A DNA stretch of 64,000 bases, taken from positions 16,339 through 80,338 of IMG/VR virus record IMGVR_UViG_3300009320_000008, one strand, 5' to 3'. Below are positions 18,018 to 27,596 of the stretch, piece after piece; the first letter of the stretch is position 1, and each line of letters opens with the position of its first letter. The translations under genes were made by a program, and so were the position numbers. The DNA is from a virus. The notes under the pieces were generated by a model. The model had not been told where the DNA came from, made no database searches, and saw nothing but the letters and a program-made list of their open reading frames with translations.

Positions 18018-18854
18018 CTATATTGAATTCCCCTGTGTAAAAAGTCCTGCTTTGTTAATTGCTTCGGGAACACGTTCAAACACCCAGTCCCCGGCCATCC
18101 AATGTATGTTTATCTTACTCCTGTTGCCATAAGCGGCTTCCAATGCTGCATCAAATAGGACATCAGCCATTACTCCGGGACGACTTGTGATGCCTGGTAA
18201 CATTCTGCCGTTGTTTAATCGGAATATATTCATTAGGAGGAAGGATGATTTGCGGAATACGTTTTCCTCTCGTACTGAGAAGTCACGTTTAATTCCTCCT
18301 TGGCATTCTTTGATATATTTCTTTTTGATGGAATTGGTAAGAGCGGGACATCGATCATCGATCAGTGGTATAAGGAGTTCGGGGCGATTCTCGTGGAAGT
18401 GTAAAAACCAGCTTTTTTTCACTGCGTATTTGTTGTATAGGAAGGTGGGTAAGGACAGACCAGAAAGGAGTTTCTTGTTCTTTGGTTTATAAAGGGGACT
18501 TAATGAAGAATTTAATCTGTCCACGGATGTCATAAAATCTTCGGGGGTGAATTTGGTGTCGGTATATTTGGGATCAATTCCCTCCAGCCCCCTGTAGAAC
18601 CCTTTTCTGAATAGCTTTTGCAAACCAGACACGCATTTTTCATGGGTAAGGGTTCCCTTTCGATGTGTAGTACCCCCGAATTTGTTCCAGTAAAGAAATG
18701 CCTCTTCCACCTCGTTTTTGATAAAGTGGGTTTTCTTGGCGGCGATTTTTAACTTGGGTTTCTTGGGTTGAAGTTCCTCCCTTTCTCTGAAGGTAATGCT
18801 TCCATTTGCTTTTTTGTTGGTAAGGATTGCTTTCTTTGACAGATTCAACTCCAT
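18018..18854 (-). CDS. hypothetical protein, possible replication initiator/helicase loader partner
   Basis: GGAGGT RBS; lies between primase and helicase. Confidence 0.6.
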   Translation of the reverse strand: MELNLSKKAILTNKKANGSITFREREELQPKKPKLKIAAKKTHFIKNEVEEAFLYWNKFGGTTHRKGTLTHEKCVSGLQKLFRKGFYRGLEGIDPKYTDTKFTPEDFMTSVDRLNSSLSPLYKPKNKKLLSGLSLPTFLYNKYAVKKSWFLHFHENRPELLIPLIDDRCPALTNSIKKKYIKECQGGIKRDFSVREENVFRKSSFLLMNIFRLNNGRMLPGITSRPGVMADVLFDAALEAAYGNRSKINIHWMAGDWVFERVPEAINKAGLFTQGNSI

Positions 18855-19221
18855 ACTTGTTACCTCCCAATGCATTTGCAAGCCGAAACACAGTCGGGTT
18901 AAAAAAACCCGACTTAGATACTACTTGAAGGACAAAGGGATATACGAAGTATATCACTTTATCCAAGAGTAGTATAATATATATTTTTTTATTTTTTATT
19001 TTCTCTTTTTTCTTTGGTTCTTTCTTTTTTCTCTTTTCTTTTTTGTTTTTTTGGGATGATGGGAAAATCTCGGGGAGAAATGGTATGAAACCAGCGTATG
19101 TCCCGGTCATGTGAGAATGGGATGGGATGCTTATATGTTCAGAACCGGTAAAGAGGGGGGAATCGGTTGATACGATCAGGTTGGTCAGGGCGACCAAAGG
19201 AAGGAAGTTTTGAAACTTCAT
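18640..19221 (-). CDS. hypothetical protein with Lys/Glu low-complexity tract (replication-protein-like)
   Basis: AAGGAGGG RBS; overlaps the next gene by about 215 nt. Confidence 0.4.
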   Translation of the reverse strand: MKFQNFLPLVALTNLIVSTDSPLFTGSEHISIPSHSHMTGTYAGFIPFLPEIFPSSQKNKKEKRKKKEPKKKEKIKNKKIYIILLLDKVIYFVYPFVLQVVSKSGFFNPTVFRLANALGGNKYGVESVKESNPYQQKSKWKHYLQRKGGTSTQETQVKNRRQENPLYQKRGGRGISLLEQIRGYYTSKGNPYP

Positions 19222-19344
19222 ATTCCCTCCTTACCAGTTCTGAACATATAAACAAACATAAAAACACCTCATTTTCGTAGTGTCTCAAGTTTTACAGGGC
19301 GTTGCACCCTGATCACATCGCTTCAATTCCCATAGAGTGTTTGA

Positions 19345-19373
19345 ATCGTTGCATAAAATAAAATCTTTGTCAA
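19345..19373 (-). promoter_or_regulatory. candidate sigma70 promoter
   Basis: TTGACA-17nt-AACGAT with TG extension. Confidence 0.45.
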
Positions 19374-19381
19374 GAACTTTT

Positions 19382-20326
19382 TTATTTTCCAAACACCAAG
19401 CTTCGTAAATGTTTGATATCCTCGGGGTTCATATCGCCCGGATCGCCTTCGTCCAAAGTTATTTTTTCTACATGATTTACTAAGGATGATAAATTGGATG
19501 CAAGTTTTCTGGCTAATCTTTGGGCTTCATCCTCAGCATCCAACATGATAAAAACCCGTTTATATTGAGACAGAAGAAGCACCTGTTTTTGGGTATATTT
19601 CATGCCACAAAGTGCCACACACCCATCCCCAATTCTCCACACATCTGTTGGTCCTTCCACAACGATAATTGTGTCCCTTGCGTTGTCTGTATTGTACAGT
19701 TCTGATTTTGGGTGGGTCTGGCTTTCGTCCACCGGCTGATGTAGATAGGGAATATTGTTAGTTCCTGTTATATCCCTTGCTGTGAATGTTACTTTCTTTC
19801 CATGCTGATAAAACGGGACCACGATCCTGTGGTGATACTTGCCGATTGATCCCCCGCAATATAGACCATACTTTTTTATCAAGACAACAGGATCGAAATT
19901 CCTTCCTACAATATACTCAACATATTCGGGGAATAAATCAGGGCTTATCATTTCATCTGAGAATACACTATCAACAGATTTAAAATCCCTGAGCATACCG
20001 GCCTGTGGCTGTTCAAAATGTGGGTTGTCATAGTCATGTATAGTACGATATGCCTTGAAATCTGAAAGCGTTTTAAGGGCATTTGAGAAGCCGCAACCAT
20101 CAATTTTCATAGCCAATGTAATGATGGTGCCTTTGGCGGGACATCGCCAACAGTTGAAGCCTCCAGTAGGACTAATACCAAGATGGTTGGAACGATCATC
20201 ACAAAAGAGACAACGGATATTAGTCCAACCGTCTTTTACGTTCTTTCCTTCTGTATAGATTGTGATGTTTCGTGATTTCAGGTAGTCGGAAATGCTGACT
20301 AATGATAGGTCGAGTTGATCAGACAT
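19382..20326 (-). CDS. DNA primase (Zn finger + TOPRIM)
   Basis: CLFCDD..HLG...CWRC, VEGPTD, LDAED, GDPGDM. Confidence 0.92.
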   Translation of the reverse strand: MSDQLDLSLVSISDYLKSRNITIYTEGKNVKDGWTNIRCLFCDDRSNHLGISPTGGFNCWRCPAKGTIITLAMKIDGCGFSNALKTLSDFKAYRTIHDYDNPHFEQPQAGMLRDFKSVDSVFSDEMISPDLFPEYVEYIVGRNFDPVVLIKKYGLYCGGSIGKYHHRIVVPFYQHGKKVTFTARDITGTNNIPYLHQPVDESQTHPKSELYNTDNARDTIIVVEGPTDVWRIGDGCVALCGMKYTQKQVLLLSQYKRVFIMLDAEDEAQRLARKLASNLSSLVNHVEKITLDEGDPGDMNPEDIKHLRSLVFGK

Positions 20327-20328
20327 AA

Positions 20329-20535
20329 TCAAGTCACCATACTCATAATCGTGCAAATCAGGTCTTTGAGATCCACTTCGGATTTGTGTGGAGGGTTTAT
20401 CATCATTTGTTCTGAGTAAAACGATTCTTCGCATACCTGACATACTTCTTCGTAGGTATTTGGATCGTAGGTCCCAAACAGATGAAACTTGTCGCTACAC
20501 TTCCCACAAACGATTAACGGAATTTTTATTTCCAT
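20329..20535 (-). CDS. small Zn-ribbon protein
   Basis: CGKC...CQVC; AGGA RBS. Confidence 0.5.
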   Translation of the reverse strand: MEIKIPLIVCGKCSDKFHLFGTYDPNTYEEVCQVCEESFYSEQMMINPPHKSEVDLKDLICTIMSMVT

Positions 20536-20707
20536 AATTATATTATTCCTTTCGATACTAACACTGCAACAATAATTCCTGCAATGATTATTCCGGATAT
20601 GGTGCATATAAAACCATCAAGAAGACCTCTTTTGTAAAGGTCTTTGTTATCCTTTTCAAGTTTCTTCATGAGTTCTATGAATTCGTCTTGGTTCATTTCT
20701 TTTTCCT

Positions 20708-21091
20708 TTAAAACAACGTGGTTTGTTTGTTCATGATTTTAGGGTTGGCGGAGTCGGGATTCGAACCCGTAGAGTTGCGCTCCCCTACCGATGAGGACCG
20801 ACTCTCCGCCGAAAGTTTTAGCTTTAATTTCGGCTTTTTATCATCTTTCTTTGGAGAAAGCAACAGCCTTTGTTTTGTGTTTCCTTCAACTTTTGGATGA
20901 TTAAAATAATAACGACATTTCTTGGCATATTCTACATCCCCATTCATTTTGTTGCAGCATATACAAATCCCGATTCGTTGGATGTTGAACATATATTTAA
21001 AATTTGGACAACCAACACATCCTGGAGGAATTGATCCCTGCAAATGCTTGAATTTTCTATGGAGGTATTCTCTGGTTTTTATTTCATCCAT
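20708..21091 (-). CDS. hypothetical Cys-rich protein ending in a clamp-binding-like QTTLF
   Basis: Operon tiling; C-terminal motif. Confidence 0.55.
   Translation of the reverse strand: MDEIKTREYLHRKFKHLQGSIPPGCVGCPNFKYMFNIQRIGICICCNKMNGDVEYAKKCRYYFNHPKVEGNTKQRLLLSPKKDDKKPKLKLKLSAESRSSSVGERNSTGSNPDSANPKIMNKQTTLF
20746..20810 (-). ncRNA. 65-nt tRNA-like element (degenerate or shortened)
   Basis: Acceptor GGCGGAG/CTCCGCC+A and T-arm CGGG-TTCGAAT-CCCG; no canonical D/anticodon arms. Confidence 0.55.
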
Positions 21092-21093
21092 TT

Positions 21094-21873
21094 TTAGTTT
21101 AGACTCAAATAATAATGTTCTGCCAGAAGTTCGGTCAATTTTAACGTATCATCATGATTTAATTCATCTGGTATAATTTCGTGTAGGGTTTGACTTTCTG
21201 CTTCTCCCCTTCCTTGTTCTTCATATGCTTCGTGAATGTCCTCAAACTCATCTTCCCAATCACGTACATATTCTGGTTTCAGTTCGTTAATCCTTTCGTA
21301 AATCTCGTCTTCTGGATTATTGGAAACTATTTTGTCGAATAAGGTTTTTATTTTATCCATTTCTTCCTCCTCTTTCAGACCACATCGAATGATCGTGAAG
21401 TCGAAATTTTCAAGGATAGTTTGCATGTCTCCGGCCCCGACAACTGATCCTTCAACCACAGGCTTTATCAATTGAATTGTAGGGCAAGCAAAATAACGAT
21501 GGTCGGATTTCTCTGGTTTTTTATAGGTGATCGCCATTTCGTTTTCGAATCGGATGTCTAAATCATATTCCTTAAACATGATTCGGCAAGCTTCATAGGC
21601 TTCCACGTCATAGCAATAAATATCAACATCACCGGGAGGGGCAGGGGATTGGGTAGGGGAGGCCATGTACCGGACGTAACCACCACAGATGAAGGTGTTT
21701 TTGTCTTCCAGATCCATCAAGAGGCATTTGATTTCGTACAATCCCCTTCGAATCATCACGGTTTCAAATCCATCTTTTGAAACGTAGGATGGTTTGATTG
21801 GTTCGTTCTTTTCATCCGCGGTTGCTTCTTCATATTGCCGGAGATTATTTTCCGTCGATTTCTTTTTCGCCAT
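21094..21873 (-). CDS. Nucleotidyltransferase (CCA/polyA-polymerase head-like) fused to an acidic C-terminal segment
   Basis: ICGGYVR...GDVDIY, IQLI, ENFDFTI. Confidence 0.75.
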   Translation of the reverse strand: MAKKKSTENNLRQYEEATADEKNEPIKPSYVSKDGFETVMIRRGLYEIKCLLMDLEDKNTFICGGYVRYMASPTQSPAPPGDVDIYCYDVEAYEACRIMFKEYDLDIRFENEMAITYKKPEKSDHRYFACPTIQLIKPVVEGSVVGAGDMQTILENFDFTIIRCGLKEEEEMDKIKTLFDKIVSNNPEDEIYERINELKPEYVRDWEDEFEDIHEAYEEQGRGEAESQTLHEIIPDELNHDDTLKLTELLAEHYYLSLN

Positions 21874-22093
21874 TGTTATTTACCTCCATCACGTTTTTGA
21901 ATACCTGATCTACGAAATGAGTATCAGGAAAATTATTGGTGTGAACTTCTGTCACTTGCGGTTTTATTTCGGATAGTTGCGTGTGGATTTTAATCAGGGT
22001 AATTGTGCATATAATTATAAGTCCCAATATTGTTCCTCTCCAAAGGAAAAGGAAAATATAATCTAATATTTTTCCTACAGTCCCTTCTCTCAT
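21845..22093 (-). CDS. small membrane protein
   Basis: TM segment; 4-nt overlap. Confidence 0.5.
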   Translation of the reverse strand: MREGTVGKILDYIFLFLWRGTILGLIIICTITLIKIHTQLSEIKPQVTEVHTNNFPDTHFVDQVFKNVMEVNNNGEKEIDGK

Positions 22094-22302
22094 TTCTTTT
22101 TCCTCAGCATGAGTTTTTGTGGAAATAACTCGTCCATTATTTGGGCTTGTTCGCAGGTGTTGTCGCATAGACCACAACTATTCACCAATCTTCTTCCTCT
22201 GCACATTTCGGGGGTTAGGGGATGTGCGTATGCCTTGCAGAAAAATTGGTTTCCTTTAACATCATATAATCGTTGTTTCTCTCTGGATATTTTTAGTTTC
22301 AT
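22090..22302 (-). CDS. small Cys-rich protein
   Basis: Operon tiling. Confidence 0.5.
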   Translation of the reverse strand: MKLKISREKQRLYDVKGNQFFCKAYAHPLTPEMCRGRRLVNSCGLCDNTCEQAQIMDELFPQKLMLRKKK

Positions 22303-22505
22303 TCCCAAAGTTCATCCTCCTCCCAAGATTCATCATCGTACCAACAATGGGTAGAATCCCATGTGAAAACGGGGAAATCTTCACACTCCTTAATAATTTT
22401 TTTTACTAAGGTTTCCCGTTTTTCGGCCTCTACAATCATGTCTGTGGTAATCTCTCGTCTATCAGATTGATTAACAACACATTGCAATGTTTGGTTAACT
22501 ATCAT
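22299..22505 (-). CDS. hypothetical protein
   Basis: GGAGG RBS. Confidence 0.5.
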   Translation of the reverse strand: MIVNQTLQCVVNQSDRREITTDMIVEAEKRETLVKKIIKECEDFPVFTWDSTHCWYDDESWEEDELWE

Positions 22506-22514
22506 TTTTGCCTC

Positions 22515-23885
22515 CTATAACCATCCATTCTCTGTATAGATTGACACACGTTCTCCAAATTGATCGATAAGAAAGCGGTGGCATGGATCAAAGAAATCGA
22601 TAATTACACCCTGTGTTTTCCCTTCGGATTTTCTGAGCGTTCGTCCTACGATTTGGAGAGTGGCAATGAATGACTTCCCACCACCTCCAATAATTGCTCC
22701 GCCGAGTGTGGGAACATCAATACCTTCCCTCCATATTGTTGTGACCACGCACATAATATCCTTTTTAATCATGGCGTGTCTGATCTCCGCCCGAATATCG
22801 CCAGATGAATCACCTCTTACAAACTTGGCTTTTACACCATGTTGGTCAGCACACCTCATAAGATTGTCACCATGCTCTATTCGGGAAATCATAACGACAA
22901 GTGACATTCCTTTATTGTTGTATTCTTTTACGATCCTCATAATCTGATTGTTCCTGGGTTCGTTATCTATTACCGCGCGTCTGTAGACCTCGTTATAATC
23001 CGTCACCGATCTGATTTTTAGAACCCCTTCAGATTTGAATATGCGAACCTTTGGGGGAACGATGATTCCAGCTTCGATTGCTTCATCTATGGAAAACGTA
23101 CCGATCATGCCTCCAACGAATGCTTCAATTGCCAGAATTTGTTCCCACTCATCCGGCAATGTTGCTGTGAATCCGAAACGTGTAGGAGCATAGCATTGTC
23201 CAAGAACTCTGGCATAAAAGCCTGTGAATTTGGAAACATGGTGAGTCTCGTCCACTATTACAATGTCAAATTCATTCCTATACACTTCGGGGTCCATTCT
23301 GTACATTGTTTGGACTGTAGCCACATTGATTCTTCCGAATGTTCCTTTAAATGGCTTTCCTCCTCCAATTTGCAGAACATCGTCAAATTTGTATTTCTCG
23401 AAATCCTCTCGTATTTGGATTACGAGGTCTGTAGTGTGAACGAGGATGAGAATCCTTGCTTTCGGAAAACATGAAAGGATTCCCAAAAAGGTAACAGTTT
23501 TGCCAAATGCGGTAGCGGCTTGAATCACACCCTGTCCCATATGCATAGCATCCTCTATAAACTCAAGCTGTTTGTCATGGAATACTATGCCGGGAAGATA
23601 TGGATCTTCGGTAGGAATAGCCCTGATCCTTTCGGGCCGAGTCACTTTGCACTTGATTCCCTTTTCATCACAGTAGTCAAGGATTCGGTCAATGTGTCCT
23701 GTATAAAAACTGACTCGTTTTCTGACCTTGTTGATATAGCAGGTCGCTTCGTATTCTTCCTCCGTTTTATGATGTCTCCCTTTTCTCCAATACGTTTTGG
23801 TGTATGTAAGGCAGGGTTCAATCAGATTGAAATCCTTGGAAGACATGTGGCTAATTATTAGGTTAATAACTTTGATTTTAATCAT
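22515..23885 (-). CDS. Superfamily 2 DNA helicase (UvsW/ResIII-like)
   Basis: ATAFGKT, DETHH, FTAT, EGIDVP, QIVGRTLR. Confidence 0.93.
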   Translation of the reverse strand: MIKIKVINLIISHMSSKDFNLIEPCLTYTKTYWRKGRHHKTEEEYEATCYINKVRKRVSFYTGHIDRILDYCDEKGIKCKVTRPERIRAIPTEDPYLPGIVFHDKQLEFIEDAMHMGQGVIQAATAFGKTVTFLGILSCFPKARILILVHTTDLVIQIREDFEKYKFDDVLQIGGGKPFKGTFGRINVATVQTMYRMDPEVYRNEFDIVIVDETHHVSKFTGFYARVLGQCYAPTRFGFTATLPDEWEQILAIEAFVGGMIGTFSIDEAIEAGIIVPPKVRIFKSEGVLKIRSVTDYNEVYRRAVIDNEPRNNQIMRIVKEYNNKGMSLVVMISRIEHGDNLMRCADQHGVKAKFVRGDSSGDIRAEIRHAMIKKDIMCVVTTIWREGIDVPTLGGAIIGGGGKSFIATLQIVGRTLRKSEGKTQGVIIDFFDPCHRFLIDQFGERVSIYTENGWL

Positions 23886-24011
23886 CTGGACTGCCTCCAA
23901 GTGCTATATATATTTCTTTGGCTATTCCCTTTCCGAAAGATTCGCAGTGGGATTCAAATGCACTCCAATTTGTAGATATAAAATCAAAAATTATATCCAT
24001 CATCCATTGTT

Positions 24012-24410
24012 TTACCATGAATCACTCCTTAACACATCCCGTATCTCGTTTATGCTTTGTTGGGTTCTTTTTCGTGTCCAACCTAATTTCCCTGTCATAT
24101 ACCGTTTGATTCTGGCAAGAGTCAGAGCTTTGTCGGATGAGTTCATTACTATTTGGGTGAGATCGGAGGGAGTATCAAAGATTATTTTGAGGACAGTTTT
24201 AGCGGAAGAAGAAAGGTCGAGTAACGCTTCACGAAACCCGATTTCTCGGATAATATTTCTATCTGTTGTTAAAGGACAATCTTCACAGGGAAGATAATTA
24301 TGCTGTTGGTATACTTCTAAGGCGGAGAGGAGGTTTCCTTCCCCCTTTTTTTCTATCATTTTCGCTACTTCCAGAAACTCCTGTCGTGCTTTTGTGTTTC
24401 TTGGGGACAT
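24012..24410 (-). CDS. hypothetical protein with possible C-terminal sigma-region-4-like HTH
   Basis: AAGGAG RBS; LSSSAKTVLKIIF...LGWTRKR pattern; function weakly supported. Confidence 0.5.
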   Translation of the reverse strand: MSPRNTKARQEFLEVAKMIEKKGEGNLLSALEVYQQHNYLPCEDCPLTTDRNIIREIGFREALLDLSSSAKTVLKIIFDTPSDLTQIVMNSSDKALTLARIKRYMTGKLGWTRKRTQQSINEIRDVLRSDSW

Positions 24411-24534
24411 GTTTTGTCTCCTTTTCTAAGATTCCGTTTAGCCAATTTGAGAAGCTCCGGTTCTGTTCTTTCGCTATCTTCTTTGCGGTTTTGTGAAGAT
24501 CAGGATCAATGTAAATGGTGGTTCTAATGTTCAT
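24298..24534 (-). CDS. Ribbon-helix-helix DNA-binding protein
   Basis: RTTIYIDPDLHKTAKKIAKEQNRSFSNWLNGIL. Confidence 0.8.
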   Translation of the reverse strand: MNIRTTIYIDPDLHKTAKKIAKEQNRSFSNWLNGILEKETKHVPKKHKSTTGVSGSSENDRKKGGRKPPLRLRSIPTA

Positions 24535-24546
24535 ACGCTCTCCTGT

Positions 24547-24813
24547 TTATTGTTTCCAGAGAATATTTCGGATGTCTTGTAACATAGCAATGTAGTACTC
24601 CTCGGCATGATCTCCCAAATTAGCTTCATTTTTCTGTTTTATCGCCATGTCAATGAAGTCCGTTGCTTCTTGAATCCGCCTGAGTGCGGCGATCCTGTTT
24701 TGGGAAAAGTTCCGATGCTTGAAAGCGGTCTTGAGATTTTCCATGATACTGTGGGTGTTGCGAACTGCCTCCTCAAGTTTTTCTGACATGTATTGTTCAG
24801 TTTCTTTGTCCAT
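24547..24813 (-). CDS. hypothetical protein
   Basis: GGAG RBS. Confidence 0.55.
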   Translation of the reverse strand: MDKETEQYMSEKLEEAVRNTHSIMENLKTAFKHRNFSQNRIAALRRIQEATDFIDMAIKQKNEANLGDHAEEYYIAMLQDIRNILWKQ

Positions 24814-25030
24814 TTAATTTCTCCATAATCTCTTTGGCAGCAGAAGGTTTTCTTTTTCCATGTTGATTTAAGATCAATATAGCTTTTCTCCAATTCCGCT
24901 TGCTGAGATAAAGCCTTATTTTATTGTAATGATAAGGACCTACTCCTGGATAGATATATTGTTTGGGTGTCTTGGAAAATATAATTCCAAGTTCTTGTTC
25001 TGTCTGATTGTAGAACGTTATTTGGAGCAT
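24797..25030 (-). CDS. hypothetical protein
   Basis: RBS; operon tiling. Confidence 0.55.
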   Translation of the reverse strand: MLQITFYNQTEQELGIIFSKTPKQYIYPGVGPYHYNKIRLYLSKRNWRKAILILNQHGKRKPSAAKEIMEKLNGQRN

Positions 25031-25260
25031 GGTGTTTCCTTTGATAGGAATGTTAATGGACGAACATCGCTAATGATAGGAAAGGATAGATTTATTCCAA
25101 TTCGTTTTAACTTCTGTTTGAATTCGGAAAGAAAAATGGTTAATGCTTCTTCTTTGTTATTTGCTTTCACCACTGTTTCAGATAAAACAATAGTATCAGT
25201 GGCAAAAGATTTATGGATTACAACGAACATGGAGCTGTCTTCCGAATAATATGTTTTCAT
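25018..25260 (-). CDS. hypothetical protein
   Basis: AGGAG RBS. Confidence 0.55.
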   Translation of the reverse strand: MKTYYSEDSSMFVVIHKSFATDTIVLSETVVKANNKEEALTIFLSEFKQKLKRIGINLSFPIISDVRPLTFLSKETPCSK

Positions 25261-25362
25261 TTCATCTCCTATAAATTAGGGGCCAGGACGCTTGGTGGAG
25301 GTAAGCTTTCAGACCAAACGCCCCGACCCCTCCCCAACTGTGTTGTTATGTCATTATTAATA

Positions 25363-25392
25363 ATAGTAGCATAACTTTTTGCTAACCGTCAA
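25363..25392 (-). promoter_or_regulatory. sigma70 promoter for the middle/replication operon
   Basis: TTGACG-18nt-TACTAT with TG extension. Confidence 0.65.
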
Positions 25393-25402
25393 CACTTATT
25401 TT

Positions 25403-25903
25403 TCAAGTCCTGAAAATATTTGTATTTCTGTCCATATAGAACTCATGACCGATGTATTCGGCCCATTTTGGAATACGTCCTGCCAATGCCATTGGCGTTC
25501 GTCCTTTTAGAATGGGTCCTATCTCATCACATGTATCCAATCCTTTTAGAACTACACCAGGGAGGCTGAGATCATGTACCAGTCTATGTCCTTTTGGACT
25601 TCGTTCCTCAATCCACGCATGAAACTCAAAGGGAGGGTGATATTCGAACCCATAGGTAGCGGTGTGTTCGGCGTCCCACACTTTCATTTCTCCGAAAACC
25701 AAGACTCCCCTGTTGATGTGTTTCCACACCAACATGGCTTTTTTCTCGCAATCCCAATTTAGCTTTAGTCCTTTGCATTGTTCCAGCAGAGATTCAATTT
25801 CTTTCTTAGGGATACCCCACCCGAGAATTGGGTATCTCTCTTTCCCGGTCATAATGGGCTCCCCAGGTGTCATAGAGTTTGTAACAACGGAAGGTTTTGT
25901 CAC
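25403..25903 (-). CDS. hypothetical protein
   Basis: AAGGAG RBS; GTG start. Confidence 0.55.
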   Translation of the reverse strand: MTKPSVVTNSMTPGEPIMTGKERYPILGWGIPKKEIESLLEQCKGLKLNWDCEKKAMLVWKHINRGVLVFGEMKVWDAEHTATYGFEYHPPFEFHAWIEERSPKGHRLVHDLSLPGVVLKGLDTCDEIGPILKGRTPMALAGRIPKWAEYIGHEFYMDRNTNIFRT

Positions 25904-26030
25904 TTTTAGCTCCTTTCTTTGTTTTTAGGGTACTCATTTCTTACTTACCCCCGTCATTTTATCTATCGGGGGCTATAGTATAGCCGTTTCTCCCTGATTC
26001 TGGCTTGCTGAGAGCGGGTAGGCGGCGTTC

Positions 26031-26090
26031 AAAATAAAAAGACATAGTAAGACATGCCCTAAAATTCGAACGTCTTAAACCCAGTCTACA
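26031..26090. repeat. Second copy of the 6487-6548 dispersed repeat
   Basis: Direct sequence match. Confidence 0.85.
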
Positions 26091-26097
26091 TTGAATT

Positions 26098-26328
26098 TTA
26101 TCCACCTGCTTTGACTTCCATCATTAAAGAACTCAGTATTTCGAATCCGGCTTCCTCGCTTACTTCTCCCTTTTTTATGGAATCAGTGATTACGGTAGAC
26201 AATTCCCCCAATGTTTGTGCTCCAAGATAAAAAACACCTTTGCAAAGCATTATCTCTTTATAGGAGCATCCTCCTTTTTCCAATCCTGCCGCAGCTATCT
26301 TCCATCGACTTTCAAATAGGGGAGACAT
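26098..26328 (-). CDS. hypothetical early protein
   Basis: GGAGGTAAGAAAATG leader. Confidence 0.65.
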   Translation of the reverse strand: MSPLFESRWKIAAAGLEKGGCSYKEIMLCKGVFYLGAQTLGELSTVITDSIKKGEVSEEAGFEILSSLMMEVKAGG

Positions 26329-26331
26329 TTC

Positions 26332-27135
26332 TTACCTCCCTTCCATGTAGGCATCACAGGCTTTTTTGATTTCCGAATGTCCGATTTCTTTTAGTGATTC
26401 GGCCACCGCTTTTCTGTCAGCTTCCGCATATGATGTATCATAAATACGGTCTGCCAGAAAACTGTAAAGCTCGTCCACATCATTATAGAGGTACTCTGAA
26501 AGCCAGGATGAATGGTCATACTTGTCCCAATGTGGATTTTCTTTCTTCATTTGGTTGGACTTTTCTTGATACTGTCCACAGTCGTCGCATTCGATCATTC
26601 CAAGTGCGGCATCTCCACAAGCATCATCTAACCAGGACAAAAGTTCCCGGGCCTGATTTCCTGCCCACCCATCATCGTTGGATTTGAGAACCACCACTCT
26701 GCCAAATCGAACGATTGAATTAACCATACCTTTTATATATTGCGATGCATTATGGGTTCTCATTTTAGGAGGAAAACACCCCTTTAAGAACTTCCCCAAA
26801 TTTTCGGGCATATATCCACATCCAGTGAACAGGCAAAGTTCATCCTCTCTTTTGTCTATCCCTTCTACTTTGATGATTTCGGCGTTGAACATGATTCCAT
26901 TGTTCCGGACAAACTCCTCGGCTGTTTTCAAACTATTTAAGCAGAAGATTCCTGGTGTGTTGGGAACGGACTGGACTATTTCCCCATTTAAGTACTTAGG
27001 GAAAAACTCCGGATGTTTTGAAATAAAGGTTCTGCTCTCTCCCGGCCCGGACATTCCATATTTCATGAGGATTGCAATGTTGGATCCTTGCCGGGTCTTC
27101 TCATCGATTACTTTCCAAACAACTTCTCGTTTCAT
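26332..27135 (-). CDS. hypothetical early protein
   Basis: Conserved leader. Confidence 0.7.
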   Translation of the reverse strand: MKREVVWKVIDEKTRQGSNIAILMKYGMSGPGESRTFISKHPEFFPKYLNGEIVQSVPNTPGIFCLNSLKTAEEFVRNNGIMFNAEIIKVEGIDKREDELCLFTGCGYMPENLGKFLKGCFPPKMRTHNASQYIKGMVNSIVRFGRVVVLKSNDDGWAGNQARELLSWLDDACGDAALGMIECDDCGQYQEKSNQMKKENPHWDKYDHSSWLSEYLYNDVDELYSFLADRIYDTSYAEADRKAVAESLKEIGHSEIKKACDAYMEGR

Positions 27136-27161
27136 TTCTTACCTCCTTATGTGGTTGGGGT

Positions 27162-27596
27162 TTAGCTTAATACAACAGGGCGAATTTCAATGGTTCGTAC
27201 AATCCAAATTTCCTCTCCCAATTTCATCTTTTGGTCGTGTATTCGTTTTTCCAATTCAGCCAAAGAAAAAACATCCTTAAATTTTCCATCTTTGCTAACG
27301 TGAACAGCAAATTTTTTCATCCCTTCACGTTTCTTTCCCGGCTTTTTTCTGGGATGTTGCACAACGAAATTATCGAATTTTGGATTCATCCTATATAACG
27401 AATGTCCGTCTTTATCTCTGATAACAGCTCCTTTGCTTACAAGGTTGGCTAATGCTGTGTACATATATCCTATAGGCTCATTGACCTCATGGGCTATTTC
27501 ACGAGGTGTCATCCAGCCCCTATTTTTCCTAAGGAGCTTGAATACATTATACACAATGGTCTCCTCATAGAAACAGACCGAATTTTCGTTTGTCAT
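27162..27596 (-). CDS. winged-helix DNA-binding protein
   Basis: MTPREIAHEVNEP...LANLVSKGAV...YRMNP. Confidence 0.7.
   Translation of the reverse strand: MTNENSVCFYEETIVYNVFKLLRKNRGWMTPREIAHEVNEPIGYMYTALANLVSKGAVIRDKDGHSLYRMNPKFDNFVVQHPRKKPGKKREGMKKFAVHVSKDGKFKDVFSLAELEKRIHDQKMKLGEEIWIVRTIEIRPVVLS

Noticed and set aside
20746-20810. Functional canonical tRNA
   Set aside because: Too short; D and anticodon arms cannot be assigned; kept only as tRNA-like
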